Positions 23,501-35,500 of a DNA stretch of 64,000 bases are shown here, piece by piece. Position 1 is the first letter of the stretch; every line of letters begins with the position of its first letter. Under the pieces are notes generated by a model. That model made no database searches. It was not told the origin of the DNA and saw only the letters and a program-made list of their open reading frames with translations. A program made the translations under genes and the position numbers. Source of the stretch: Eledone cirrhosa (taxonomy: Eukaryota); assembly GCA_964016885.1 (NCBI GenBank), contig OZ024750.1, positions 32,736,001 through 32,800,000 on the forward strand, in the 5' to 3' direction.

Positions 23501-26500
23501 AGGGGGGGGGAGAGAAGGTGTAAGGAGATATGATAGGTGTGTTGGGATTTAAGAGGGGAGGGAGAGAAGGTGTAAGGAGTTATGATAGGTGTGTTAGGAT
23601 TTAAGAGGGGAGGGTGAGAAGGTGTAAGGAGTTATGATAGGTGTGTTGGGATTTAAGAGGGGAGGGTGAGAAGGTGTAAGGTGTTATGATAGGTGTGTTG
23701 GGATTTAAGAGAGGAGGGTGAGAAGGTGTAAGGAGTTATGATAGGTGTGTTGGGATTTAAGAGGGGAGGGATAGGTGTAAGGAGTTATGTTAGGTGTGTT
23801 GGGATTTAAGAGGGGAGGGAGAGGTGTAAGGAGTTATGTTAGGTGTGTTAGGATTTAAGAGGGGAGGGAGAGGTGTAAGGAGTTATGATAGGTGTGTTGG
23901 GATTTAAGAGGGGAGGGTGAGAAGGTGTAAGGAGTTATGATAGGTGTGTTAGGATTTAAGAGGGGAGGGAGAGAAGGTGTAAGGAGTTGTGTTAGGTGTG
24001 TTGGGATTTAAGAGGGGAGGGTGAGAAGGTGTAAGGCGTTATGATAGGTGCGTTGGGATTTAAGAGGGGAGGGAGAGGTGTAAGGAGTTATGATAGGCGT
24101 GTTGGGATTTAAGAGGGGAGGGAGAGGTGTAAGGAGTTATGATAGGTGTGTTAGGATTTAAGAGGGGAGGGAGAGAAGGTGTAAGGTGTTATGATAGGTG
24201 TGTTAGGATTTAAGAGGGGAGGGTGAGAAGGTGTAAGGAGTTATGATAGGTGTGTTGGGATTTAATAGGGGAGGGTGAGAAGGTGTATGGAGTTATGATA
24301 GGTGTGTTGGGATTTAAGAGGGGAGGGAGAGGTGTAAGGAGTTATGTTAGGTGTGTTGGGATTTAAGAGGGGAGGGAGAGGTGTAAGGAGTTATGATAGG
24401 TGTGTTGGGATTTAAGAGGGGAGGGAGAGGTGTAAGGAGTTATGATAGGTGTGTTGGGATTTAAGAGAGGAGGGAGAGGTGTAAGGAGTTATGTTAGGTG
24501 TGTTGGGATTTAAGAGAGGAGGGAGTGGTGTAAGGAGTTATGTTAGGTGTGTTGTGATTTAAGAGAGGAGGGAGAGGTGTAAGGAGTTATGTTAGGTGTG
24601 TTGGGATTTAAGAGGGGAGGGTGAGAAAGTGTAAGGAGTTATGATAGGTGTGTTGGGATTTAAGAGGGGAGGGTGTGTAGATGTAAGGAGTTATGATAGG
24701 TGTGTTGGGATTTAAGAGGGGAGGGTGAGAAGGTGTAAGGAGTTATGATAGGTGTGTTGGGATTTAAGAGGGGAGGGAGAGAAGGTGTAAGGAGTTATGA
24801 GAGGTGTGTTGGGATTTAAGAGGGGAGGGAGCGAAGGTGTAAGGAGTTATGATAGGTGTGTTAGGATTTAAGAGGGGAGGGAGAGAAGGTGTAAGGAGTT
24901 GTGATAGGTGTGTTGGGATTTAAGAGGGGAGGGAGAGAAGGTGTAAGGAGTTATGATAGGTGTGTTGGGATTTAAGAGGGGAGGGTGAGAAGGTGTAAGG
25001 AGTTATGATAGGTGTGTTAGGATTTAAGAGGGGAGGGTGAGGTTTAAGGAGTTATGATAGGTGTGTTGGGATTTAAGAGAGGAGGGAGAGGTGTAAGGAG
25101 TTATGATAGGTGTGTTGGGATTTAAGAGGGGAGGGTGAGAAGGTGTAAGGAGTTGTGATAGGTGTGTTGGGATTTAAGAGGGGAGGGAGAGAAGGTGTAA
25201 GGAGTTATGATAGGTGTGTTGGGATTTAAGAAGGGAGGGTGAGAAGGTGTAAGGAGTTGTGATAGGTGTGTTGGGATTTAAGAGGGGAGGGAGAGAAGGT
25301 GTAAGGAGTTATGATAGGTGTGTTGGGATTTAAGAGGGGAGGGAGAGAAGGTGTAAGGAGTTATGATAGGTGTGTTGGGATTTAAGAGGGGAGGGAGCGA
25401 AGGTGTAAGGAGCTATGATAGGTGTATTAGGATTTAAGAGGGGAGGGAGAGAAGGTGTAAGGAGTTATGATAGGTGTGTTAGGATTTAAGAGGGGAGGGA
25501 GAGAAGCTGTAAGGAGTTATGATAATTGTGTTGGGATTTAAGAGGGGAGGGAGAGAAGGTGTAAAGGAGTTATGATAGGTGTGTTGGGATTTAAGAGGGG
25601 AGGGAGAGGTGTAAGGAGTTATGATAGGTGTGTTGGGATTTAAGAGGGGAGGGTGAGAACGTGTAAGGAGTTATGATAGGTGTGTTAGGATATAAGAGGG
25701 GAGGGTGAGGTGTAAGGAGTTATGATAGGTGTGTTGGGATTTAAGAGAGGAGGGAGAGGTGTAAGGAGTTATGTTAGGTGTGTTAGGATTTAAGAGGGGA
25801 GGGAGAGGTGTAAGGAGTTATGATAGGTGTGTTGGGATTTAAGAGGGGAGGGTGAGAAGGTGTAAGGAGTTATGATAGGTGTGTTAGGATTTAAGAGGGG
25901 AGGGAGAGAAGGTGTAAGCAGTTGTGTTAGGTGTGTTGGGATTTAAGAGGGGAGGGTGAGAAGGTGTAAGGCGTTTATGATAGGTTTGTTGGGATTTAAG
26001 AGGGGAGGGAGAGATGTAAGGAGTTATGATAGGTGTGTTAGGATTTAAGAGGGGAGGGAGAGAAGGTGTAAGGAGTTATGATAGGTGTGTTAGGATTTAA
26101 GAGGGGAGTGTGAGAAGGTGTAAGGAGTTATGATAGGTGTGTTAGGATTTAAGAGGGGAGGGTGAGAAGGTGTAAGGAGTTATGATAGGTCTGTTAGGAT
26201 TTAAGAGGGGAGGGAGAGAAGGTGTAAGGAGTTATGATAGGTGTGTTAGGATTTAAGAGGGGAGGGAGAGAAGCTGTAAGGAGTTATGATAGGTGTGTTG
26301 GGATTTAAGAGGGGAGGGAGAGAAGGTGTAAGGATTTATGATAGGTGTGTTGGGATTTAAGATGGGAGGGAAAGAAGGTGTAAGCAGTTATGATAGGTGT
26401 GTTGGGATTTAAGAGGGGAGGGTGAGAAGGTGTAAGGAGTTATGTTAGGTGTGTTAAGATTTAAGAGGGGAGGGAGAGGTGTAAGGAGTTATGATAGGTG

Positions 26501-29500
26501 TGTTAGGATTTAAGAGGGGAGGGAGAGAAGGTGTAAGGAGTTATGATAGGTGTGTTAGGATTTAAGAGGGGAGTGTGAGAAGGTGTAAGGAGTTATGATA
26601 GGTGTGTTAGGATTTAAGAGGGGAGGGTGAGAAGGTGTAAGGAGTTATGATAGGTGTGTTGGGATTTAAGAGGGGAGGGTGAGAAGGGGTAAGGAGTTAT
26701 GATAGGTGTGTTGGGATTTAAGAGGGGAGGGAGAGGTGTAAGGAATTATGACAGGTGTGTTAGGATTTAAGAGGGGAGGGAGAGGTGTAAGGAGTTATGA
26801 TAGGTGTGTTAGAATTTAAGAGGGGAGGGAGAGGTGTAAGGAGTTATGATAGGTGTGTTGGGATTTAAGAGGGGAGGGTGAGAAGGTGTAAGAAGTTATG
26901 ATAGGTGTGTTGGGATTTAAGAGGGGAGGGAAAGAAGGTGTAAGTAGTTATGATAGGTGTGTTGGGATTTAAGAGGGGAGGGTGAGAAGGTGTAAGGAGT
27001 TATGTTAGGTGTGTTAAGATTTAAGAGGGGAGGGAGAGGTGTAAGGAGTTATGATAGGTGTGTTAGGATTTAAGAGGGGAGGGAGAGAAGGTGTAAGGAG
27101 TTATGATAGGTGTGTTGGGATTTAGAGGGGAGGGTGAGAAGGTGTAAGAAGTTATGATAGGTGTGTTAGGATTTAAGAGGGAGGGAGAGAAGGTGTAAGG
27201 AGTTTGATAGGTGTGTTAGGATTTAAGAGGGGAGGTAGAGATGTAAGGAGTTATGATAGGTTGGTTGTGTTAGGATTTAAGAGGGGAGGGAGAGAAGGTG
27301 TAAGGAGTTATGATAGGTGTGTTGGGATTTAAGAGGGGAGGGTGAGAACGTGTAAGGAGTTATGATAGGTGTGTTAGGATATAAGAGGGGAGGGTGAGGT
27401 GTAAGGAGTTATGATAGGTGTGTTGGGATTTAAGAGAGAGGGGAGAGGTGTAAGGAGTTATGTTAGGTGTGTTAGGATTTAAGAGGGGAGGGAGAGGTGT
27501 AGGAGTTGTGATGGTGTGTTGGGATTAAGAGGGGTGGGTGAGAAGGTGTAAGGAGTTATGATTGTGTGTTAGGATTTTAAGAGGGGAGGGAGAGAAGGTG
27601 TAAGGAGTTGTGTTAGGTGTGTTGGGATTTAAGAGGGGAGGGTGAAAAGGTGTAAGGCGTTATGATAGGTTTGTTGGATTTAGAGGGGAGGGAGAGATGT
27701 AAGGAGTTATGATAGGTGTGTTGGGATTCAAGAGGGGAGGGAGAGGTGTAAGGAGTTATGATAGGTGTGTTAAGATTTAAGAGGGGAGGGAGAGAAGGTG
27801 TAAGGAGTTATGATAGGTGTGTTAGGATTTAAGAGGGGAGTGTGAGAAGGTGTAAGGAGTTATGATAGGTGTGTTAGGATTTAGAGGGGAGGGTGAGAAG
27901 GTGTAAGGAGTTATGATAGGTGTGTTGGGATTTAAGAGGGGAGGGTGAGAAGGGGTAAGGAGTTATGATAGGTGTGTTGGGATTTAAGAGGGGAGGGAGA
28001 GGTGTAAGGAATTATGACAGTGTGTTAGGATTTAAGTGGGAGGGAGAGGTGTAAGGAGTTATGATAGGTGTGTTAGGATTTAAGAGGGGAGGGAGAGGGT
28101 GTAAGGAGTTATGATAGGTGTGTTAGGATTTAAGAGGGGAGGGAGAGGTGTAAGGAGTTATGATAGGTGTGTTAGGATTTAAGAGGGGAGGGAGAGGTGT
28201 AAGGAGTTATGATAGGTGTGTTGGGATTTAAGAGGGGAGGGAGAGGTGTAAGGAGTTATGATAGGTGTGTTGGGATTTAAGAGGGGGGGAGAGGTGTAAG
28301 GAGTTATGATATGTGTGTTAGGATTTAAGAGGGGAGGGAGAGGTGTAAGGAGTTATGATAGGTGTGTTAGGATTTAAGAGGGGAGGGAGAGGTGTAAGGA
28401 GTTATGATAGGTGTGTTAGGATTTAAGAGGGGAGGGAGAGGTGTAAGGAGTTTATGATTAGGTGTGTTGGGATTTAAGAGGGGAGGCAGAGGTGTAAGGA
28501 GTTATGATAGGTGTGTTGGGATTTAAGAGAGGAGGGAGAGGTGTAAGGAGTTATGTTAGGTGTGTTGGGATTTAAGAGGGGAGGGAGAGGTGTAAGGAGT
28601 TATGATAGGTGTGTTGGGATTTAAGAGAGGAGGGAGAGCTGTAAGGAGTAATGTTAGGTGTGTTGGGATTTAAGAGAGGAGGGAGAGGTGTAAGGAGTTA
28701 TGTTAGGTGTGTTGGGATCTAAGAGGGGAGGGAGAGGTGTAATGAGTTATGATAGGTGTGTTGGGATTTAAGAGGGGAGGGTGAGAAGGTGTAAGGAGAT
28801 ATGATAGGTGTGTTGGGATTTAAGAGGGGAGGGAGAGGTGTAAGGAGTTATGTTAGGTGTGTTGGGATTTAAGAGGGGAGGGAGAGGTGTAAGGAATTAT
28901 GATAGGTGTGTTGGGATTTAAGAGGGGAGGGAGAGGTGTAAGGAGTTATGATAGGTGTGTTAGGATTTAAGAGGGGAGGGTGAGAAGGTGTAAGGAGTTA
29001 TGATAGGTGTGTTAGGATTTAAGAGGGGAGGGAGAGGTGTAAGGAGTTATGATAGGTGTGTTAGGATTTAAGAGGGGAGGGAGAGAAGGTGTAAGGAGTT
29101 ATGATAGGTGTGTTGGGATTTAAGAGGGGAGGGTGAGAAGGTGTAAGGAGTTATGATAGGTGTGTTAGGATTTAAGAGGGGAGGGTGAGGTGTAAGGAGT
29201 TATGATAGGTGTGTTGGGATTTAAGAGAGGAGGGAGAGGTATAAGGAGTTATGTTAGGTGTGTTAGGATTTAAGAGGGGAGGGAGAGGTGTAAGGAGTTA
29301 TGATAGGTGTGTTGGGATTTAAGAGGGGAGGGTGAGAAGGTGTAAGGAGTTATGATAGGTGTGTTAGGATTTAAGAGGGGAGGGTGAGAAGGTGTAAGGA
29401 GTTATGATAGGTATGTTAGGATGTAAGAGGGGAGGGTGAGAAGGTGTAAGGAGTTATGATAGGTGTGTTAGGATTTAAGAGGGGAGGGTGTGAAGATGTA

Positions 29501-32500
29501 AGGAGTTATGATAGGTGTGTTGGGATTTAAGAGGGGAGGGTGAGAAGGTGTAAGGAGTTATGATAGGTGTGTTGGGATTTAAGAGGGGAGGGAGAGAAGA
29601 TGTAAGTAGTTATGATAGGTGTGTTGGGATTTAAGAGGGGAGGGTGAGAAGGTGTAAGGAGTTATGATAGGTGTGTTGGGATTTAAGAGGGGAGGGAGAG
29701 AAGGTGTAAGGAGTTATGATAGGTGTGTTAGGATTTAAGAGGGGAGGGAGAGGTGTAAGGAGTTATGATAGGTGTGTTGGGATTTAAGAGGGGAGGGAGA
29801 GGTGTAAGGAGTTATGATAGGTGTGTTGGGATTTAAGAGAGGAGGGAGAGGTGTAAGGAGTTATGTTAGGTGTGTTGGGATTTAAGAGAGGAGGGAGAGG
29901 TGTAAGGAGTTATGTTAGGTGTGTTGGGATCTAAGAGGGGAGGGAGAGGTGTAATGAGTTATGATAGGTGTGTTGGGATTTAAGAGGGGAGGTTGAGAAG
30001 GTGTAAGGAGTTATGATAGGTGTGTTGGGATTTAAGAGGGGAGGGAGAGGTGTAAGGAGTTATGTTAGGTGTGTTGGGATTTAAGAGGGGAGGGAGAGGT
30101 GTAAGGAATTATGATAGGTGTGTTGGGATTTAAGAGGGGAGGGAGAGGTGTAAGGAGTTATGATAGGTGTGTTAGGATTTAAGAGGGGAGGGTGAGAAGG
30201 TGTAAGGAGTTATGATAGGTGTGTTAGGATTTAAGAGGGGAGGGAGAGGTGTAAGGAGTTATGATAGGTGTGTTAGGATTTAAGAGGGGAGGGAGAGAAG
30301 GTGTAAGGAGTTATGATAGGTGTGTTGGGATTTAAGAGGGGAGGGTGAGAAGGTGTAAGGAGTTATGATAGGTGTGTTAGGATTTAAGAGGGGAGGGTGA
30401 GGTGTAAGGAGTTATGATAGGTGTGTTGGGATTTAAGAGAGGAGGGAGAGGTATAAGGAGTTATGTTAGGTGTGTTAGGATTTAAGAGGGGAGGGAGAGG
30501 TGTAAGGAGTTATGATAGGTGTGTTGGGATTTAAGAGGGGAGGGTGAGAAGGTGTAAGGAGTTATGATAGGTGTGTTAGGATTTAAGAGGGGAGGGTGAG
30601 AAGGTGTAAGGAGTTATGATAGGTATGTTGGGATTTAAGAGGGGAGGGTGAGAAGGTGTAAGGAGTTATGATAGGTATGTTAGGATTTAAGAGGGGAGGG
30701 TGAGAAGGTGTAAGGAGTTATGATAGGTATGTTGGGGTTTAAGAGGGGAGGGTGAGAAGGTGTAAGTTGTTATGATAGGTGTGTTAGGATTTAAGAAGGG
30801 AGGGTGTGAAGATGTAAGGAGTTATGATAGGTGTGTTGGGATTTAAGAGGGGAGGGTGAGAAGGTGTAAGGAGTTATGATAGGTGTGTTGGGATTTAAGA
30901 GGGGAGGGAGAGAAGATGTAAGTAGTTATGATAGGTGTGTTGGGATTTAAGAGAGGAGGGAGAGAAGATGTAAGGAGTTATGATAGGTGTGTTGGGATTT
31001 AAGAGGGGACGGTAAGAAGGTGTAAGGAGTTATGATAGGTGTGTTAGGATTTAAGAGGGGAGGGTGAGAAGGTGTAAGGAGTTGTGATAGGTGTGTTGGG
31101 ATTTAAGAGGGGAGGGAGAGAAGGTGTAAGGAGTTATGATAGGTGTGTTGGGATTTAAGAGGGGAGGGAGCGAAGGTGTAAGGAGTTATGATAGGTGTGT
31201 TAGGATTTAAGAGGGGAGGGAGAGAAGGTGTAAGGAGTTGTGATAGGTGTGTTGGGATTTAAGAGGGGAGGGAGAGAAGGTGTAAGGAGTTATGATAGGT
31301 GTGTTGGGATTTAAGAGGGGACGGTAAGAAGGTGTAAGGAGTTATGATAGGTGTGTTAGGATTTAAGAGGGGAGGGTGAGGTTTAAGGAGTTATGATAGG
31401 TGTGTTGGGATTTAAGAGAGGAGGGAGAGGTGTAAGGAGTTATGTTAGGTGTGTTAAGATTTAAGAGGGGAGGGAGAGGTGTAAGGAGTTATGATAGGTG
31501 TGTTGGGATTTAAGAGGGGAGGGTGAGAAGGTGCAAGGAGTTGTGATAGGTGTGTTGGGATTTAAGAGGGGAGGGAGAGAATGTGTAAGGAGTTATGATA
31601 GGTGTGTTGGGATTTAAGAGGGGAGGGAGAGAAGGTGTAAGGAGTTATGATAGGTGTGTTGGGATTTAAGAGGGGAGGGAGAGAAGGTGTAAGGAGTTAT
31701 GATAGGTGTGTTGGGATTTAAGAGGGGAGGGAGCGAAGGTGTAAGGTGCTATGATAGGTGTGTTAGGATTTAAGAGGGGAGGGAGAGAAGCTGTAAGGAG
31801 TTATGATAGGTGTGTTGGGATTTAAGAGGGGAGGGAGAGAAGGTGTAAAGGAGTTATGATAGGTGTGTTGGGATTTAAGAGGGGAGGGAGAGGTGTAAGG
31901 AGTTATGATAGATCTGTTAGGATTTAAGAGGGGAGGGAGAGAAGGTGTAAGGAGTTATGATAGGTGTGTTGGGATTTAAGAGGGGAGGGTGAGAAGGTGT
32001 AAGAAGTTATGATAGGTGTGTTAGGATTTAAGAGGGGAGGGAGAGAAGGTGTAAGGAGTTATGATAGGTGTGTTGGGATTTAAGAGGGGAGGGTGAGAAG
32101 GTGTAAGATGGTATGATAGGTGTGTTAGGATTTAAGAGGGGAGGGAGAGAAGGTGTAAGGAGTTATGATAGGTGTGTTATGATTTAAGAGGGGAGGGAGA
32201 GGTGTAAGCAGTTATGATAGGTGTGTTAGGATTTAAGAGGGGAGGGAGAGAAGGTGTAAGGAGTTATGATAGGTGTGTTGGGATTTAAGAGGGGAGGGTG
32301 AGAACGTGTAAGGAGTTATGATAGGTGTGTTAGGATATAAGAGGGGAGGGTGAGGTGTAAGGAGTTATGATAGGTGTGTTGGGATTTAAGAGAGGAGGGA
32401 GAGGTGTAAGGAGTTACGTTAGGTGTGTTAGGATTTAAGAGGGGAGGGAGAGGTGTAAGGAGTTATGATAGGTGTGTTGGGATTTAAGAGGGGTGGGTGA

Positions 32501-35500
32501 GAAGGTGTAAGGAGTTATGATAGGTGTGTTAGGATTTAAGAGGGGAGGGAGAGAAGGTGTAAGGAGTTGTGTTAGGTGTGTTGGGATTTAAGAGGGGAGG
32601 GTGAGAAGGTGTAAGGCGTTATGATAGGTGTGTTGGGATTTAAGAGGGGAGGGAGAGGTGTAAGGAGTTATGATAGGTGTGTTGGGATTCAAGAGGGGAG
32701 GGAGAGGTGTAAGGGGTTATGATAGGTGTGTTAGGATTTAAGAGGGGAGGGAGAGAAGGTGTAAGGAGTTATGATAGGTGTGTTAGGATTTAAGAGGGGA
32801 GTGTGAGAAGGTGTAAGGAGTTATGATAGGTGTGTTAGGATTTAAGAGGGGAGGGTGAGAAGGTGTAAGGAGTTATGATAGGTTTGTTGGGATTTAAGAG
32901 GGGAGGGAGAGGTGTAAGGAGTTATGATAGGTGTGTTGGGATTTAAGAGGGGAGGGTGAGAAGGTGTAAGGAGTTATGATAGGTTTGTTGGGATTTAAGA
33001 GGGGAGGGAGAGGTGTAAGGAGTTATGATAGGTGTGTTGGGATTTAAGAGGGGAGGGAGAGGTGTAAGGAGTTATGATATGTGTGTTGGGATTTAAGAGA
33101 GGAGGGAGAGGTGTAAGGAGTTATGTTAGGTGTGTTGGGATTTAAGAGAGGAGGGAGAGGTGTAAGGAGTTATGTTAGGTGTGTTGGGATTTAAGAGGGG
33201 AGGGAGAGGTGTAAGGAGTTATGTTAGGTGTGTTGGGATTTAAGAGGGGAGGGAGAGGTGTAAGGAGTTATGTTAGGTGTGTTGGGATTTAAGAGGGGAG
33301 GGTCAGAAGGTGTAAGGAGTTATGATAGGTGTGTTAGGATTTAAGAGGGGAGGGAGAGAAGGTGTAAGGAGTTGTGTTAGGTGTGTTGGGATTTAAGAGG
33401 GGAGGGTGAGAAGGTGTAAGGAGTTATGATAGGTGTGTTGGGATTTAAGAGGGGAGGGAGAGAAGATGTAAGGAGTTACGATAGGTGTGTTGGGATTTGA
33501 GAGAGGAGGGTGAGAAGGTGTAAGGAGTTATGATAGGTGTGTTAGGAAATAAGAGGGGAGGGAGAGAAGGTGTAAGGAGTTACGATAGGTGTGTTAGGAT
33601 TTAAGAGGGGAGGGAAAGGTGTAAGGAGTTATGATAGGTGTGTTAGGATTTACGAGGGGAGGGTGAGAAGGTGTAAGGAGTTATGATAGGTGTGTTAGAA
33701 TTTAAGAGGGGAGGGAGAGAAGGTGTAAGGAATTGTGTTAGGTGTGTTGGGATTTAAGAGGGGTGGGTGAGAAGGTGTAAGGAGTTATGATAGGTGTGTT
33801 GGGATTTAAGAGGGGAGGGTGAGAAGGTGTAAGGAGTTATGATAGGTGTGTTAGAATTTAAGAGGGGAGGGAGAGAAAGTGTAAGGAATTGTGTTAGGTG
33901 TGTTGGGATTTAAGAGGGGTGGGTGAGAAGGTGTAAGGAGTTATGATAGGTGTGTTGGGATTTAAGAGGGGAGGGAGAGGTGTAAGGAGTTATGATAGGT
34001 GTGTTGGGATTTAAGAGGGGAGGGAGAGGTGTAAGGAGTTATGATAGGTGTGTTAGGATTTAAGAGGGGAGGGAGAGAAGGTGTAAGGAGTTATTATAGA
34101 TGTGTTAGGATTTAAGAGGGGAGGGTGAGAAGCTGTAAGGAGTTATGATAGGTGTGTTGGGATTTAAGAGGGGAGGGAGAGGTGTAAGGAGTTATGTTAG
34201 GTGTGTTGGGATTTAAGAGGGAAGGGAGAGGTGTAAGGAGTTATGATAGGTGTGTTGGGATTTAAGAGGGGGAGGGAGAGGTGTAAGGAGTTATGATATG
34301 TGTGTTGGGATTTAAGAGAGGAGGGAGAGGTGTAAGGAGTTATGTTAGTTGTGTCGGGATTTAAGAGGGGAGGGAGAGGTGTAAGGAGTTATGATAGGTG
34401 TGTTGGGATTTAAGAGAGGAGGGAGAGGTGTAAGGAGTTATGTTAGGTGTGTTGGGATTTAAGAGAGGAGGGAGAGGTGTAAGGAGTTATGATAGGTGTG
34501 TTGGGATTTAAGAGGGGAGGGTGAGAAGGTGTAAGGAGTTATGATAGGTGTGTTTGGATTTAAGAGGGGAGGGAGAGAAGGTGTAAGGAGTTGTGTTAGG
34601 TGTGTTGGGATTTAAGAGGGGAGGGTGAGAAGGTGTAAGGAGTTATGATAGGTGTGTTGGGATTTAAGAGGGGAGGGAGAGAAGGTGTAAGGAGTTATGA
34701 TAGGTGTGTTGGGATTTAAGAGAGGAGGGTGAGAATGTGTAAGGAGTTATGATAGGTGTGTTAGGATTTAAGAGGGGAGGGAGAGAAGGTGTAAGGAGTT
34801 ATGATAGGTGTGTTAGGATTTAAGAGGGGAGGGAAAGGTGTAAGGAGTTATGATAGGTATGTTAGGATTTAAGAGGGGAGGGAGAGGTGTAAGGAGTTAT
34901 GATAGGTGTGTTAGGATTTAAGAGGGGAGGGAGAGAAGGTGTAAGGAGTTATGATAGGTATGTTGGGATTTAAGAGGGGAGGGTGCGAAGGTGTAAGGAG
35001 TTATGATAGGTGTGTTAGGATTTAAGAGGGGAGGGTGAGGTGTAAGGAGTTATGATAGGTGTGTTGGGATTTAAGAGAGGAGGGAGAGGTGTAAGGAGTT
35101 ATGTTAGGTGTGTTAGGATTTAAGAGGGGAGGGAGAGGTGTAAGGAGTTATGATAGGTGTGTTGGGATTTAAGAGAGGAGGGAGAGGTGTAAGGAGTTAT
35201 GTTAGGTGTGTTAGGATTTAAGAGGGGAGGGAGAGGTGTAAGGAGTTATGATAGGTGTGTTGGGATTTAAGAGAGGAGGGAGAGGTGTAAGGAGTTATGT
35301 TAGGTGTGTTAGGATTTAAGAGGGGAGGGAGAGGTGTAAGGAGTTATGATAGGTGTGTTAGGATTTAAGAGGGGAGGGAGAGATGTAAGGAGTTATGATA
35401 GGTGTGTTAGGATTTAAGAGGGGAGGGAGAGAAGGTGTAAGGAGTTATGATAGGTGTGTTGGGATTTAAGAGGGGAGGGTGAGAACGTGTAAGGAGTTAT

